DNA of 63,694 nt, the filler included, from Catajapyx aquilonaris (taxonomy: Eukaryota): assembly GCA_000934665.2 (NCBI GenBank). It is 3 parts of 3 records of this genome, joined end to end, with 100 filler letters (N's around TTAATTAATTAA, not from the genome) between each part and the next. Parts side by side here need not be neighbours in the genome. Positions count along the whole stretch, not along the records: positions 1 to 21,153 come from JYFJ02006124.1; positions 21,254 to 42,402 come from JYFJ02006126.1; 1 more part is not named here. One strand, given 5' to 3'. A model generated the notes under the pieces. The model saw nothing but the letters and a program-made list of their open reading frames with translations, was not told where the DNA came from and searched no databases. The position numbers and the translations under genes are program-made. Positions 12,533-25,059 of this stretch are shown piece after piece (positions within the stretch are counted from its first letter, which is position 1; the number at the start of each line of letters is the position of its first letter).

Positions 12533-13153
12533 ATTTATTATTACCCTAATGATGATCACCTTCGTATCCAGCTCTGTATAGGCAACCATTGCAGTTGTCT
12601 GGATCAATCTACCAGGCGATCTGCCCCCCCAAAAAGGTGTCATGTGTGTGGTTGCCTGTAGAAGTAGGCTGATATATGCTCGTCGTCCTCTACATTGTCA
12701 GCGGTGGTCCCTCGACATTTCTCACCCCTACATTTTAAACTTTTTAGGACCTATTATTGCACTGGCAAATTACACTATGTATAGACACTTAATGTTCAGA
12801 AGTAGGCCTATACATTTTCTCGAATTCTTTTCTCATGGCTGTTTTTGGAAAACACGGAAGCAAAAAATTTGGGCCTCTTTGGGTCCAAAAAACTGGAAAA
12901 ATTGTCAGTGTGATGGCTGCTTCATAACGGTATAACGGCAAAAGCTGAAATAATTAACTTGTCTGTAATAATTGTTCATAATTGTGCGTGGTGAATAAGA
13001 CAGTAGCTAGTCATGAAGTTACAAAACTTAAAATATCCCTTCTTCTCCTGCTGGTTCCTTTAAGGTTTAAGCTCTACTGGAAACTTTTTTTTTCGGCCAA
13101 TGGCCGTTTTCGGTGTTTGAGACTAACATAATATATTATACTGTAGGTCCTAC

Positions 13154-13499
13154 GGGGAGGTGTGGTGGCCGTGATGGTAACGTCACGGCTTGCTGAGTGA
13201 AAGGCCCCAGGTTCGATCCCCGCCTGGGGAACTTCCCTTTCACCTGCGTCAGGAGGGTCTCTGACCTGCACCAAGGAGGTGTCTGGCCACCTAACCTCCT
13301 GGGGAACAGCACATGACCCCTTTACAGACATTGCACTTGCACCAATGTTCCCTCCCCAAAATCCCTACCCCTACCCTACATCCTAGACTCCTTGCACCGG
13401 TGTATGAAGTTAAACGGAGAGAAAATGGTGGTATCCCACCCCCCTAAAAAGGCTAAGCCTTATCACGGGGTAACGTAAATAAATAAATAAAATAAATAA
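13154..13499 (+). mobile_element. tRNA-derived SINE, head C + tail T1
   Basis: A/B boxes, (TAAA)n tail, 16-bp TSD ATACTGTAGGTCCTAC. Confidence 0.93.
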
Positions 13500-13865
13500 A
13501 TACTGTAGGTCCTACACCGCTGCAGAAATGGTGATTAGTGCTTGTTACTCTGATAATTTATACACATCATATTCCAATTATTCTGCTATACGTTTTGCTG
13601 TTCCATTCATGTTTTGGTATAAATAACGGCAGATTCTGACTTTTGGCGTCACCTCACACACAAAAAAACATGAATGATCTTCGTTTCAACAACACTTACG
13701 TATTGTTGCTTATAAGTTAGAGCCATGTCCACTTTTTTGTTCACACATTATCTATCTCAGGACGGGCAAATTGGACTCGCAAGCAGATGGTATACCGTAC
13801 CATTGGTTTAAAAATGGTTCCATAAACAGTGACAGTTTGACATTCACATTCTTTAATATGGATAA

Positions 13866-15343
13866 CACAGCGCAACAAAAAAAAACTTTCGGAGTGTTAT
13901 TCGGAAACCACTATGCACATCATGTTAGTAGGACCCAAAGTAGCTGGGAAACGCCCGGGATTTCTCTCCCAAAATGTGCAGTGGGTCAGGGTGACCAAAA
14001 ATCGGAAAAAATCAAAATATTGATGTTTTTTGGCCTATTTCCAGGTCTGGCAACCACTGTAAGTTTCGGATTTTGTTTTTGCTGGCATTAGGTGTTGCCT
14101 GGGTCTAGTCTGAAGCCACTATGGTGTTTAAAGTCAATCTTTTATAGAAACTGTGGTTTTCCAGAGTCGTTTTTATGGAAAAAAAATCCGTTTTTTGGTA
14201 CTTTTTCGTCAATTTTTGGGGAACAGTGTATGGACTTTTTTTTTTAAAAAATGTGTAGCGTAATGTGCTCTTTAGTGACCCTACAATCAAGGAATAATAG
14301 TAGAACTTTCCTATGCAACCCTAGTACGCGTGTGCAAAAGCCCAATCTTTGGTAAAATCGCGTTTTTTCGAATTTTTGGTGATTCGACTTTTTTCAACAT
14401 TTAAAACCAAATATTCCTCGGCTTTAAAATATATGAACTCTTCTTAGGGCCAGTTGCACCGACCTCAGTATATCTTAGAACCTCGGGTATATCAAGAATT
14501 GCCATAGCAACCATTGTTGACCAACAATGATTGCTATGGCAATTCTTGATATACCCGAGGTTCTAAGATATACTGAGGTCGGTGCAACTGGCCCTTAGTC
14601 TAACAAACTGTCAGGGACCCCCATAGTATGGAAAAAGACTGCGATTTCCATAAGCAACCCATGTACGCGCACGCGTACAAAAAAAAAACACGCGTACATG
14701 GGTTGCTTATGGAAATGGTAGTCTTTTTCCATACTATGGGGTCCCTGACAGTTTGTTAGACTAAGAAGAGTTCATATATTTTAAAGCCGAGAAATATTTG
14801 GTTTTAAATGTTGAAAAAAGTCGAATCACCAAAAATTCGAAAAAACGCGATTTTACCAAAGATTGGGCTTTTGCACACGCGTACTAGGGTTGCATAGGAA
14901 AGTTCTACTATTATTCCTTGATTGTAGGGTCTCTAAAGAGCCCATTACGCTACACTTTTTTTTAAAAAAAAGTCCATACACTGTTCCCCAAAAATTGACG
15001 AAAAAGTACCAAAAAACGGATTTTTTCCATAAAAAGGACCCTGGAAAACCTACGGTTTCTATAAAAGATTGACTTTAAACACCATAGTGGCTTCAGACTA
15101 GACCCAGGTAACACCTAATGCCAGCAAAAGCAAAATCCGAAACTTACAGTGGTTGCCAGACCTGGAAATAGGCCAAAAAACGTCAATATTTTGATTTTTT
15201 TTTCCGATTTTTGATCACCCTGACCCACTGCAGATTTTGGGAGAGAAATCCCGGGCGTTTCCCAGCTACTTTGGGTCCTACTAACATGATGTGCATAGTG
15301 GTTTCCGAATAACACGCCGAAAGTTTTTTTTTGTTGCGCTGTG
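13866..15343. mobile_element. Giant palindromic non-autonomous DNA transposon, Chapaev3-like ends
   Basis: CACAGCGCAACAAAA...TTTTGTTGCGCTGTG termini, TAA on both flanks, ~650-bp arms meeting near 14680. Confidence 0.85.
14447..14594. mobile_element. 148-bp palindromic PIF/Harbinger-type MITE
   Basis: GGGCCAGTTGCACCGACC...GGTCGGTGCAACTGGCCC with TTA TSD. The empty site is visible in the opposite arm (~14755-14770). Confidence 0.92.
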
Positions 15344-15464
15344 TAATGCTTCGAGGCCGTTACAGGATCCAGCCTTTACAGACAGTCATATTTCCAGCGT
15401 TTGCCTATACCTACAACGTTGTATCTGGGCATTTTTGCAATAGAGCGGACACGCAGCGACGATT

Positions 15465-15805
15465 ATTTTGACGTGGATACGTCTTTAAAATCGGATCAGG
15501 GGGCATGCAGGCAAACTCGAGCGTTACAGAAAAGCGATACAGTCAGCAGGGCCCCCGCCAGGCTCCATGGCAGGGCTAAAATCGAATCCGCATAGGGGGG
15601 CAGGCACACTCAAGCGTTACAGAAAAGCGTTACAGTCTAGTACAAGAGTCTATTATAACCGACAGTATGTTACCTGCTCATTACGTTACGCCCGGATGCC
15701 CCCGCCATTATAGTCGAGAAAGGTGAAACATAATGTAGGTTGAGCGCGCAAAAGCTGCAGCTTGTGTCCCCCAGTCCCCGACACAACCTAATGTAATTTT
15801 TTTTC
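15465..15805 (+). repeat. Dispersed repeat shared with 54785-55215
   Basis: Shared blocks GGGGCATGCAGGCAAACTCGAGC..TACAGAAAAGCG and AAAAGCTGCRGCTTGTGT..CCCGACACAACCTAATGT. Confidence 0.7.
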
Positions 15806-15929
15806 GTTGAATCCCGCGTTTTATCACACCAATCGGATGCTCAACATCTCTATACTAATAAGCAATGCCAACCTGACTGTTATTTGGCACCAGTGCTCAG
15901 GCCATCAACTTTGCGCGCCAAAGGCCTTT

Positions 15930-16096
15930 CTGCCGTCAGATGTAAGAAGACCGTAACTCAAAAACTAATACGGGCGAAAGTCGCATGCATGCCGTGCACT
16001 AATCCACCCTGGCTCAGAGGGGTTTAGTGCAGGGCGTGCATGCGACTTTCGCCCTTACTAGTTTTTGAGTTACGGTCTTCTTACATCTGACGGCAG
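15930..16096. repeat. ~75-bp-arm hairpin / palindromic MITE
   Basis: CTGCCGTCAGATGTAAGAAGACCGTAACTCAAAAACTA... pairs with ...TAGTTTTTGAGTTACGGTCTTCTTACATCTGACGGCAG. Confidence 0.8.
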
Positions 16097-18680
16097 CTTT
16101 GGAGTCTGGGGACACGCGCGGCTTTTGGCGCCTCTGTGAGCATTGTCATTTATTCGGCCACTTCCCAGTCGTGTTTGTTGGATGCAGCTTGATGCCCTCT
16201 TTCGATTGATGTGCGTAAATTGTCGGAGAGTGATCTCTGTATGCGTCATTTTCAGTAACGAACCTGAGACATCCGCAATCGTTGCGTTGGTTCGTTACCG
16301 AAAATAACAAAAAGTTCCCGTACGCACCCTATACCAATGATTTGGAGCGTCAAACTTGCAGACCTCCGTGGGAGTCGTGAAAATAATAAAGCAGTGAGCA
16401 GAGATTCAGCCGAATACAATAACTTCATGTACCGTAACTTATTTTTATTTGGACGGTAACGAACCAACGCATCCACCTTCCGCCGAGAGAGCTCCCTCCG
16501 ATCTCGGCTTCCAGCTAACGACAGCGACATACACACCAGTCCCGAATCGTGAAAACGCGTTCGAAAGTAATAGAGTCATAATTAAACTGCTTCAGTACAT
16601 TATGTAAGAATGGTGTTTGGAATGTTTTTTGTGTCCCTGATTTATATTATTTTTGAGGCTATACTTTTAACCCAGGACTATACAAAATGTATCGAAAGCT
16701 TTGATTCTCATTGGGGAGGTGTAAGAAAAGCTCAAGAGGCAAGAAACAGGGACATTAGTTGGTACCGGGAAGGCGAGAACACACCACACTTGTAAACGTT
16801 CCCATGTACAGGAAAATGAAGAGTTCTTGCGACAACTCCTGATCAGCTAGCTCTAATCCGAAACTTAGTGCCTTCGATGAGAGACACCACAAAATAGCGC
16901 GAGAAGTTCAACGAAGATGTAACATTATTTATTTATCAAGGACACAGATACTGACTCCGATGAATCGGAAAAATTCTGAGTGTTTCAACCAGGTTTCAAC
17001 AGCATTTTACATTTTCGATACATTTTTGGACGATTGTGTCACCAAATCGGTGGACATCAATAACAAAAGGGATCTTTTACGACTCTGGTTTATTGTTCAT
17101 AGCCAACTGACACAAGACAAAGAACGGACTCAAGGATAATAGAAATGGGTATAGGATGGAGCTGAGGAGGGACCAGTTACCGGGGGCAGGGTCACCTACA
17201 TGAGTGCCACCCCCACCTAGACAGGGTATTGTCTCTCCGCCATATTGGAACTAAATCAGATAGGAAAATTGCATAGGAAAAAAAACAATTGAAAAAAACA
17301 AAAACGAATCGCTTGCCAATTCCCTATCCTGCAGCATGGGGCGGCCATATTGGAACTAGATTGCATAAGGACTACGTGGAGACAATACCCTGGTTAGGGT
17401 GGGGGAGGCAACCATGTAGGGGACCCTGACCGGGGGTAAAGGTCCCCCGGCAAAAGGCCTCTTACATAGGTGGTCAGGGACTTTTATACTGTTCAGGTTG
17501 GTGCAAAGCATGATGGGTTTGGAGGAATAGATCAGATATGTACACACTTGTCATCACTTGCGTCATAGGTAGGCTACATCCAGACTCTACAGGTTCCATA
17601 ACTCCAAGAAGGAGAATGGGGCAGATGAGTTGACTAGAGTTGTTATTCATTTAGTTATCACATGCCAGTAAAATTGGGATACAACCCGACTCATGCCCAT
17701 GACCTCAATTAGGTCACAATTGCATCAGGGCACGTTGGATGGAAATACATTATAATTTTGCCTGTTTGGCTTCTTGGTCTGAAAAATAATGATTTTGAAA
17801 GCCTTATTGTGCGATTAAAACCAAACGCAGCAGATTTGGACCGAGCACTTCAAAACTAATATACACACCTATACCGAAGAGTCATTTGAAACATTTCCAT
17901 TGTTGCAGTGCTAATCTCCAATTGAAAAACTTATGCAATTATTATCATTGCTTTGCTTGAACAATTCAATAGGGTGGTTCCATTTCAGATCAGCCAGTGA
18001 GTGAAAAAAGGTGTCAGGTCATAGTCATCGATTTTTTGGATTAAAAAAAAAAAGTGAAACCCACAACCAATTGAACTCTTATGGAGCAATCAGTTTTACA
18101 AGCTTTTTTACTTATCGAGATATTAATATTTCTTTTAAGGGGTACCAAAATCACAATTACGGGAAGATGCACTTTTTCCATTGATGCTTTCAATGAGTAA
18201 AATTATTTCGGGAACTGGTCTGAAAACCAATATGACATTTTAAACTCATGCTCCGGTTACGGTAAACGTGACGGTTGTGCTGATTATATTTTGTGATATA
18301 CTTGGTGACCCCCTACACGCTACACTACTTCGGTTATATTTCGGATATAGCCTACTCGTAGTTCATTATGACTTTAGAAGTAACTGCAAGGATGTTGAAA
18401 GACACTAAATGAAAGCAAAAAATACCAGCACTTTTCCTAAATTTGCATCTCATTTATCAAGAATATATACCAGGTTTTGATAGAACCTGTCTTTCCTTTA
18501 TGAAGATAATATAAAAGAATATTGCATATTTAAAATGGGGTTTTCCAGATATTAATTTTTGAAATGTGCATGTTGTTGCGGCATAAAAACAAAAATCACC
18601 GCTCAGTAATAAATTCGTATCTCACTGAATACAAATATATACCGAATTTTCATATAATTTAAATTTATATCTCACGTATA

Positions 18681-18682
18681 TT

Positions 18683-18713
<31 letters not shown>

Positions 18714-18960
18714 TCATACCCCGTGCTAGAGCCTTTGGCTCCCTTAGGGGGGTGGATTACCACCATTGGATGGGACCAGGGATAGGGAAGGAAGGAAGCG
18801 GCTGTGGCCTATTTTTACGGAACCGACCCCGGAATTGTCCTGGTGGGGACCATGGAAAACCACAGAAAACCATGGTCTGGGTCGCCGGCCCCGGAATTCG
18901 AACCCAGGACCTCCCGATTAGCAGGCCGGCTCCTTATCCCCTACACCAACCTGCTTCGGT
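18681..18960 (-). mobile_element. tRNA-derived SINE, head B + tail T1
   Basis: Homologous to 5244, (TAAA)n tail, TSD TATATCTCACGTATA. Confidence 0.92.
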
Positions 18961-19506
18961 TATATCTCACGTATAAAAACCGGGTTTTGACACTACGTAA
19001 TTTTATAACAAGTCTGTCTTTGTAAAATAAAAAATAAAATTTTAAATTTTAAAATGGCTTCTTCGAGAAAATATTTATTGGAAGTGTGCACATTGTATAG
19101 CACAATGTCGAAAGTTGTCACCTTACCAAATTTTGTATCTCACTCATAAAAAATATATACTGGGTTTTGACACTACGTAATTTTATACCATGTCTTTCCT
19201 TGTAAAATAATTAAAAAAATATTTAAAATTGCATTTTTGAGAAAATAATTTTTGAAATATGCATGTTTTCGCTTGTTGCCATATTTTCACCTCGCATATC
19301 TCAACTACACACGGAGCTAACGAAGGTTTTATTTCATAGCCTGGAGGGGGTCACCGAGTATATCAAAAAATATAATCAGCACAACCGTCACGTTTACCAT
19401 AACGGTGTATTAAATTGCGAAATATGCGCATTTTGACCAAAATATGCCAGATCGGAGATTATTTTTTAGGTGACTGTACCATTAAATACGGTAAATGTAT
19501 GCATTA

Positions 19507-19840
19507 ATATCCGGGGTAGTGCTGACCTCATCAGAGGTATGTAGCACGGACCTTTATTTATTTTTGTCGTGTACATTGGAGCCTTTATACGTAACGCCCT
19601 GGCCCACGGGCAGGAGGACAGGAGGGGATGTGCAAGGTGCAGTGCAATGTCTTAAACATGGCCATTTTTAGTGAACTCCCCCGGGTGGTTTAGTCTGTGG
19701 AAATACCACCCGAGACGAAGCCAGAGGTGACCCTGAACTCTGCACGAGATGAAGGGGGCGTCCCCGGGTTGGGATCGAACCCGGGACCTTAACATCCGTG
19801 GGCGCGTACGTTACCGCAGCACCACTTCGCCTCCCCTGAA
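19507..19840 (-). mobile_element. tRNA-derived SINE, head A + tail T2
   Basis: Head homologous to 4586 but a different 3' end. TSD AAATGTATGCATTA. Confidence 0.92.
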
Positions 19841-20557
19841 AAATGTATGCATTACATAACAGTGTGTTATTCCAAAAGCATGAGTTTAAAATTTTATATT
19901 GGTTTTCAGACCAGTTCCCGAAATAATTATACTCATTGAAAGCAATGGAAAAAGTGCACCTTCCCGTGATTGCGATTTTGGTACCCCTTAAAAGAAATAT
20001 TAATATCTCGATAAGTAAAAAACTTGTAAAACTGATTGCTCCATAAGAGTTCAATAATATTGAAAAAGGTGATATTGAAAAAGGTGTCAAGTCATAGTCA
20101 TCGATTTTTTTGAAAAAAAATCGATGACTATGACTTGACACCTTTTTCACTCACTGGCTGATCTGAAATGGAACCACCCAATAATATAATTTATCACTAT
20201 TAGTTGACGTTCTTGAGTATTTTGTGCATCGTGGACAAGGTCTTTAAAAACTAATGCATAGAATGTACCGTATCTACGAGTATTTTATTTATACTATTTA
20301 ACTTTATTTTTAAGGCTGAAACTATTGGATATAATATAGGGTATCATATCATCAACACAATGATGGCAAGAAAATTGTTAGGCAGAAAAGTCAGCTACCC
20401 TGAGCCGCTGTCCTTGTCGTCCTCAAACGAATAGGCAACTGACAATAGAATGCCACATGTGACTTTCGCCATCCCTCTTAACACGACATGACAATGCTAC
20501 TGTTATGTTTCTGTATGCAGTATATCATATTAACGCTGGAACGCTATGCCCTTGCAG

Positions 20558-20742
20558 GTACAGGCGAATCTGGAAAATCCACTTTCATCAAACAGATGAA
20601 GATTATTCACGGAAGCGGCTTCACAGACGAGGACAGGAAAATGTACATCAACATGGTGTACGAGAATATCTTCATGGCGATCCAGAACATGATTTATGCC
20701 ATGGACCGTCTGAAAATTCCTTATGCAGATCCAGCTAACTAT
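20558..20742 (+). CDS. Galphaq: G protein alpha-q subunit-like, second coding exon (P-loop)
   Basis: (G)[61 protein letters not shown]. Acceptor CTTGCAG is in phase with exon 1. Homology ends at GCAAGT. Confidence 0.92.
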
Positions 20743-21153
20743 GCAAGTCATTGCCCTATGATCCTCTTCTCACTTTACTCGTTATCTCCAGTGTGGAGTC
20801 ATCGCATAATATTGAGTTGCACATACTTCATGGGCATTGGGCAAGAAGTCAAAAAATCTTATGAATTCACATATCATTTTTTCACTTTTATGTAGAATTA
20901 AGGTGATTATTTTCTGGCTTTACAATATGGCTACCACAGTCATGTGGCAATAATATCACAATGTTTATACACTACTATGATCTTTGAGCTACAGTAGCCA
21001 AATGGTATGCCTGTACGTAGGGTGTAGCGTCATTGGACGAATTTTTTCGGATCAAAAGGCACATTTCAGGTTTTGTTAAGTGGACCTCCCAAACTTCAAA
21101 TATGAAAAGAAATTTTTTTCCCGACAAGTGTAACACCCCCTTTTTTGACCTTG

Positions 21154-21253
21154 NNNNNNNNNNNNNNNNNNNNNNNNNNNNNNNNNNNNNNNNNNNNTTA
21201 ATTAATTAANNNNNNNNNNNNNNNNNNNNNNNNNNNNNNNNNNNNNNNNNNNN
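21154..21253. other. Assembly gap with artificial six-frame-stop linker
   Basis: N44-TTAATTAATTAA-N44, identical to 42403-42502. Confidence 0.97.
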
Positions 21254-21521
21254 TCATTTGCTTATCATTTTTTTGTGGACTATTGAAAATTCTGCCATAA
21301 GGGCCTATGTTAAATCGCGAACTTCTGAGCCCTCTAGTTCGCTAATTTGCACGGTGACGTGTATTTTTCTTTGCACCATTGATAAGAGGACACAAAACTG
21401 CGTAACATATGTTTTTTTCATAAAATTCTCATTGAGTGACTCTAGCTTCATTTCCACCTTAATTAAATGGCCTCTGCTTGCTCGCGTCTGGGGGTCTGGC
21501 CCCGGGGCAGATCCTGTTGAC

Positions 21522-21858
21522 ATGGAGACCATGCCCCGTATGTCAGGCACCACGTCAGTCTCGTAATTTGTCCCCAAAGACGTCATATCTCAAATGGCTT
21601 CCGCTGTTCCGCATATACGAGTAGGCCTACGTGTAGTTCGAGTCATATTCGCGCCAGGAAGAGATACACGACTAACGCTTGTTGCAGGTGTTCCTATTAT
21701 TGTGTCCAACCCCTGTACGTGTCATGTTAGTCGTGCGTCTCTTCCTGGCGCGAATATGACGTCACGTACATGCGGAAGCCATTTTGAGATGTGACGTCTT
21801 TGGGGACAAATTACGAGACTGACGTGGTGCCTGACATACGGGCGGGCATGTTCTCCAT
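21522..21858. repeat. Palindromic element (~130-bp interrupted arms)
   Basis: CCCGTATGTCAGGCACCACGTCAGTCTCGTAATTTGTCCCCAAAGACGTCA and GTCATATTCGCGCCAGGAAGAGA each have reverse complements in 21728-21858. Confidence 0.8.
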
Positions 21859-22409
21859 TCGTCTTAGAGGTGTCGAAGTACACGGAAAAGACACAAAAAC
21901 CAAAAGAATCCGTCAGTTGATGCACTTTGAATTAGCACACCCCTGATCTTAATCATTGACACTCCCTCCTCAGGGGTGGAATATATTATTTTCGTGTGCT
22001 GTGGACGAAGACCTTTCTTTGAGTCCAGGGATAATATTTTCCCAACATGGTTTGCTTCTAACATCATTATTTTCCCGTTTTCTCCTGCGTATCCCTGCAG
22101 ATACTGTGTAAGCAGGCAGAAGAGACCCGTCGCTGGGTCGTCCGCGTCACTCCCTCGATTTGTAAACAGTGGCAACAATCGAAGCACTCTCCATGGGCTA
22201 GTTCAGACGGAACCAGTTTGCCGGGGCCAGGCCCCTCACTAGCCCTGGCCCCGGCTCCAGCCCCGGCAGGTTGAAGCCCTGGCGGGTTCACACGAGAGAG
22301 CCAAGGCCGGCCAAACAAACAAACAAGTAACGATCAGTATCCGCCATTGGCGCCATATCGCCACCTTAGCTGACCTTAGAGCATATACGTATACCATATA
22401 TATACCATA

Positions 22410-22586
22410 TATTATTACTATTATTGTTGTTGCTATTATTATTACTATTATTGTTGTTGCTATTATTATTACTATTATTATTATTATTACTATTATTATT
22501 ACTTCTATTATTATTATTATTGCTATTATTATTATTATTACTATTATTATTACTTCTATTATTATTATTACTATTATTATTACTTC

Positions 22587-22628
<42 letters not shown>

Positions 22629-22714
22629 TATTATTATTATTACTATTATTATTACTACTACTACTACTATTACCTTGCTATTACTATTACTACTACTACT
22701 AATAATAATAATAC

Positions 22715-22770
<56 letters not shown>
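22410..22770. repeat. Compound (TAT/TAC)n microsatellite
   Basis: ~360 bp of trinucleotide repeats. Confidence 0.97.
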
Positions 22771-22821
22771 GTTTTGTACAGACTTTGGTCCATCAGTACC
22801 TAACTCAAGCTGCTCTAAGTT

Positions 22822-23175
22822 TTTTTTTTTTTTTTCTCGGGTTAGTGCACCGCCCTAATTGGGCATCTGGCACGGTACCTTTATTTGCTTAAGATGTACA
22901 AGCTTTTACAAGTGGTCCTTTTCCGTAACGCCCGGGTACCGCGAGCGAAGGGGGAATGAATGGGAGGGGATGTGCAAAGTGCAAGTGCAATGTCGTTGCT
23001 TGGTCATTTTGTGAACTCCCCCGGGTGGCTTAGTCTGTCGGAAATTGCCACCTGAAATGAAGCCAGAGATGGCCCAACTCCGCACGGATAAAGGTGGGAA
23101 CCCCGGGTGGGGATTGAACCCGGGACCTTAATATCCGTGGGCGCGCGCATTACCGCGGCGCCACTTCATCTCCCT
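22822..23175 (-). mobile_element. tRNA-derived SINE, head A + tail T2
   Basis: Poly(A) tail and 15-bp TSD AAGCTGCTCTAAGTT (22807-22821/23176-23190). Confidence 0.92.
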
Positions 23176-23822
23176 AAGCTGCTCTAAGTTCCGATATCAC
23201 TCATATGCTCACTTTTTTATTTTCGAATCATTAAAACAACCTCGATAATCGGCCCCGAGTTGGTGAAATATGCAGAGGAAGATTGTCTTTACGACATTAA
23301 AATTTGGAACATTTTAATGTGGTTGTTTGAGTGGTGTAGTTACACAAACTGCACTTACGGAGACAAACAATGACAAAGCGTAGGATTTTCTATGTCCTTC
23401 CCCGCTCAACCTCTCGGATGGAGATGTATGGAATGAGACGGGTCATGAGTGGAGCTATCATTTGGTACCCATTGCATATTTCTAGTCCCAATAGGCGCCT
23501 CGCAGTGACGGCGCAAAGATAGTCGGAATCCCCATAAGGCGCCATGTTAATTTCGTCTTCCCGCCTCCCTTTTGCCAGGGCCCGGTGCCGGGGCTGTTGT
23601 CACCCACTTCCCCAAAGTGGGTCGCTTTCAGCCCACTGTGGGGTCTGTTGGGGCCGCGGCTCTGTCATCTGAACCCCACTAGCCCCGACCGGCTCTGGAT
23701 TTGCCCGGGCCTGGCCCTGGCAAACTGGTCCCGTCTGGACGACCCCCATGTGCCGATGTTTGAATTGGCCCGCCGGACGGGGTTGCCAGGTAACGCAGCG
23801 TCGGTACCGACGGAAAAAAAAC

Positions 23823-24332
23823 ATCCCACCAAAAACCTTTCTGTAAAAAAAGGCCAAGTTCTCCTGACTGCTTGGCCGTAAAAAGTGGTGAGATCTGAAG
23901 TACGGCCAAGTTCAACGTCGTTGTCAATTACTGGCATTCTCAACTTCTTCAACCTAAACCACTAACTTGGTTTTTCCAGGTCGACCTTAAGTTTAATCAT
24001 CAAAAAATTTTAATGGAATTTCTCTTGATGTAACTTCTCTTGATGTAACTTGGCCATTGCTCATGTCCGAGGTATTGTTGAATTCTACAACTGTTTCAAT
24101 GTTTTAAGAGCAATGGCCAAGTTACATCAAGAGAAATTCCATTAAAATTTTTTGATGATTAAACTTAAGGTCGACCTGGAAAAACAAAGTTAGTGGTTTA
24201 GGTTGAAGAAGTTGAGAATGCCAGTAATTGACAATGACGTTGAACTTGGCCGTATTTCAGATCTCACCACTTTTTACGGCCAAGCAGTCAGGAGAACTTG
24301 GCCTTTTTTTACAGAAAGGTTTTTGGTGGGAT
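23823..24332. mobile_element. Near-perfect palindromic element (~230-bp arms, ~45-bp spacer)
   Basis: ATCCCACCAAAAACCTTTCTGTAAAAAAAGGCCAAG...CTTGGCCTTTTTTTACAGAAAGGTTTTTGGTGGGAT. The left arm carries a small tandem duplication (TCTCTTGATGTAACT x2). Confidence 0.85.
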
Positions 24333-24492
24333 CTCACCTCTTTTTGTAGGCAGGAGTGTAGGATAATTATAAGGAAGCTCGGGGTGCCCCCTAAGGTTGG
24401 GCGTGGAAGCAATGGTCCGTTAAATATTCTAAATAAGGTAATGAATAACTTAGAGCAAAATGTGTAGGTTATATACGAAAGTATGTAAAACT

Positions 24493-24955
24493 CTATCTTT
24501 TCCTCTGATTAGGTATGATTTTCTTCTGCTTTCTCATATTACGCTTCCTTTTTTTCTGTTCTGGTAGTGCGAATTGGACATCTGCTACACCTGATCGCGT
24601 AGCCCATTCGCGATCCTTAACCACTTCTGTGGATGCCTTATTAGCCCTTTTGAGTATGGATAAGTCTGGTCGGTAAATAGATCTCAATCTATCGTACTCC
24701 AGAATAGCTGACTCTTGAGCCTTGATGTTAGTAAAGGAGGCATTGATGAGATGCACTCCATTGATACTTTGAACTCTGGAAAAAGCCACGTAGGCTTGAC
24801 CGCACGAGAAGACAGAGGAACCCATATCGATGAGTGCATTAGTGAGACTCAGGCCTTGGCTCTGTCCTCTGTATGGTAATGCCATACGCCACCGAAATTG
24901 GGAATATATTGTTCCCTGTACACATAGGCTGTTGATGACCTCGAATTTTGTATTT
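24493..24955 (-). pseudogene. PIF1-type SF1B helicase C-terminal fragment (Helitron/Helentron remnant)
   Basis: SQGLSLTNALIDMGSSVFSCGQAYVAFSRV (helicase motifs V/VI). The upstream motif is frameshifted and the 5' end is truncated. Confidence 0.85.
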
Positions 24956-25059
24956 GTATTATTTTGTATTTTAGGTATTTAGGTATTTGTAGTTGTATTT
25001 GTATGAAATATTTGTATTTGTATGAAATGCAATCGCAGCTTCAGTCAGATAGCTAGCGG

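Larger units (their letters stand above)
17972..20179. mobile_element. Non-autonomous TIR element (Sola2-like) with internal repeats and two nested SINEs
   Basis: ~65-bp TIR GGGTGGTTCCATTTCAGATCAGCCAGTGAGTG and 4-bp TSD AATA. Further inverted blocks at 18070-18252/19877-20055, and ~180-bp internal direct repeats. Confidence 0.85.

Noticed and set aside
13866..13895. RAG recombination signal or Transib end (CACAG..ACAAAAA)
   Set aside because: The spacing does not fit 12/23 and the duplication is 3 bp rather than the 5 bp of Transib.
13771..15315. Paired similar ORFs on opposite strands
   Set aside because: By-product of the palindromic element, with no recognisable domain.
19520..19545. CTGATGAG on the minus strand resembling a hammerhead ribozyme core
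   Set aside because: No downstream GAAA or three-stem junction. The motif is the loop of the T2 stem and is not conserved in the other two T2 copies.
22239..22793. Long poly-Ile/Leu/Asn ORFs (also near 30784-31044 and 37377-37619)
   Set aside because: Translations of (TAT)n microsatellites.
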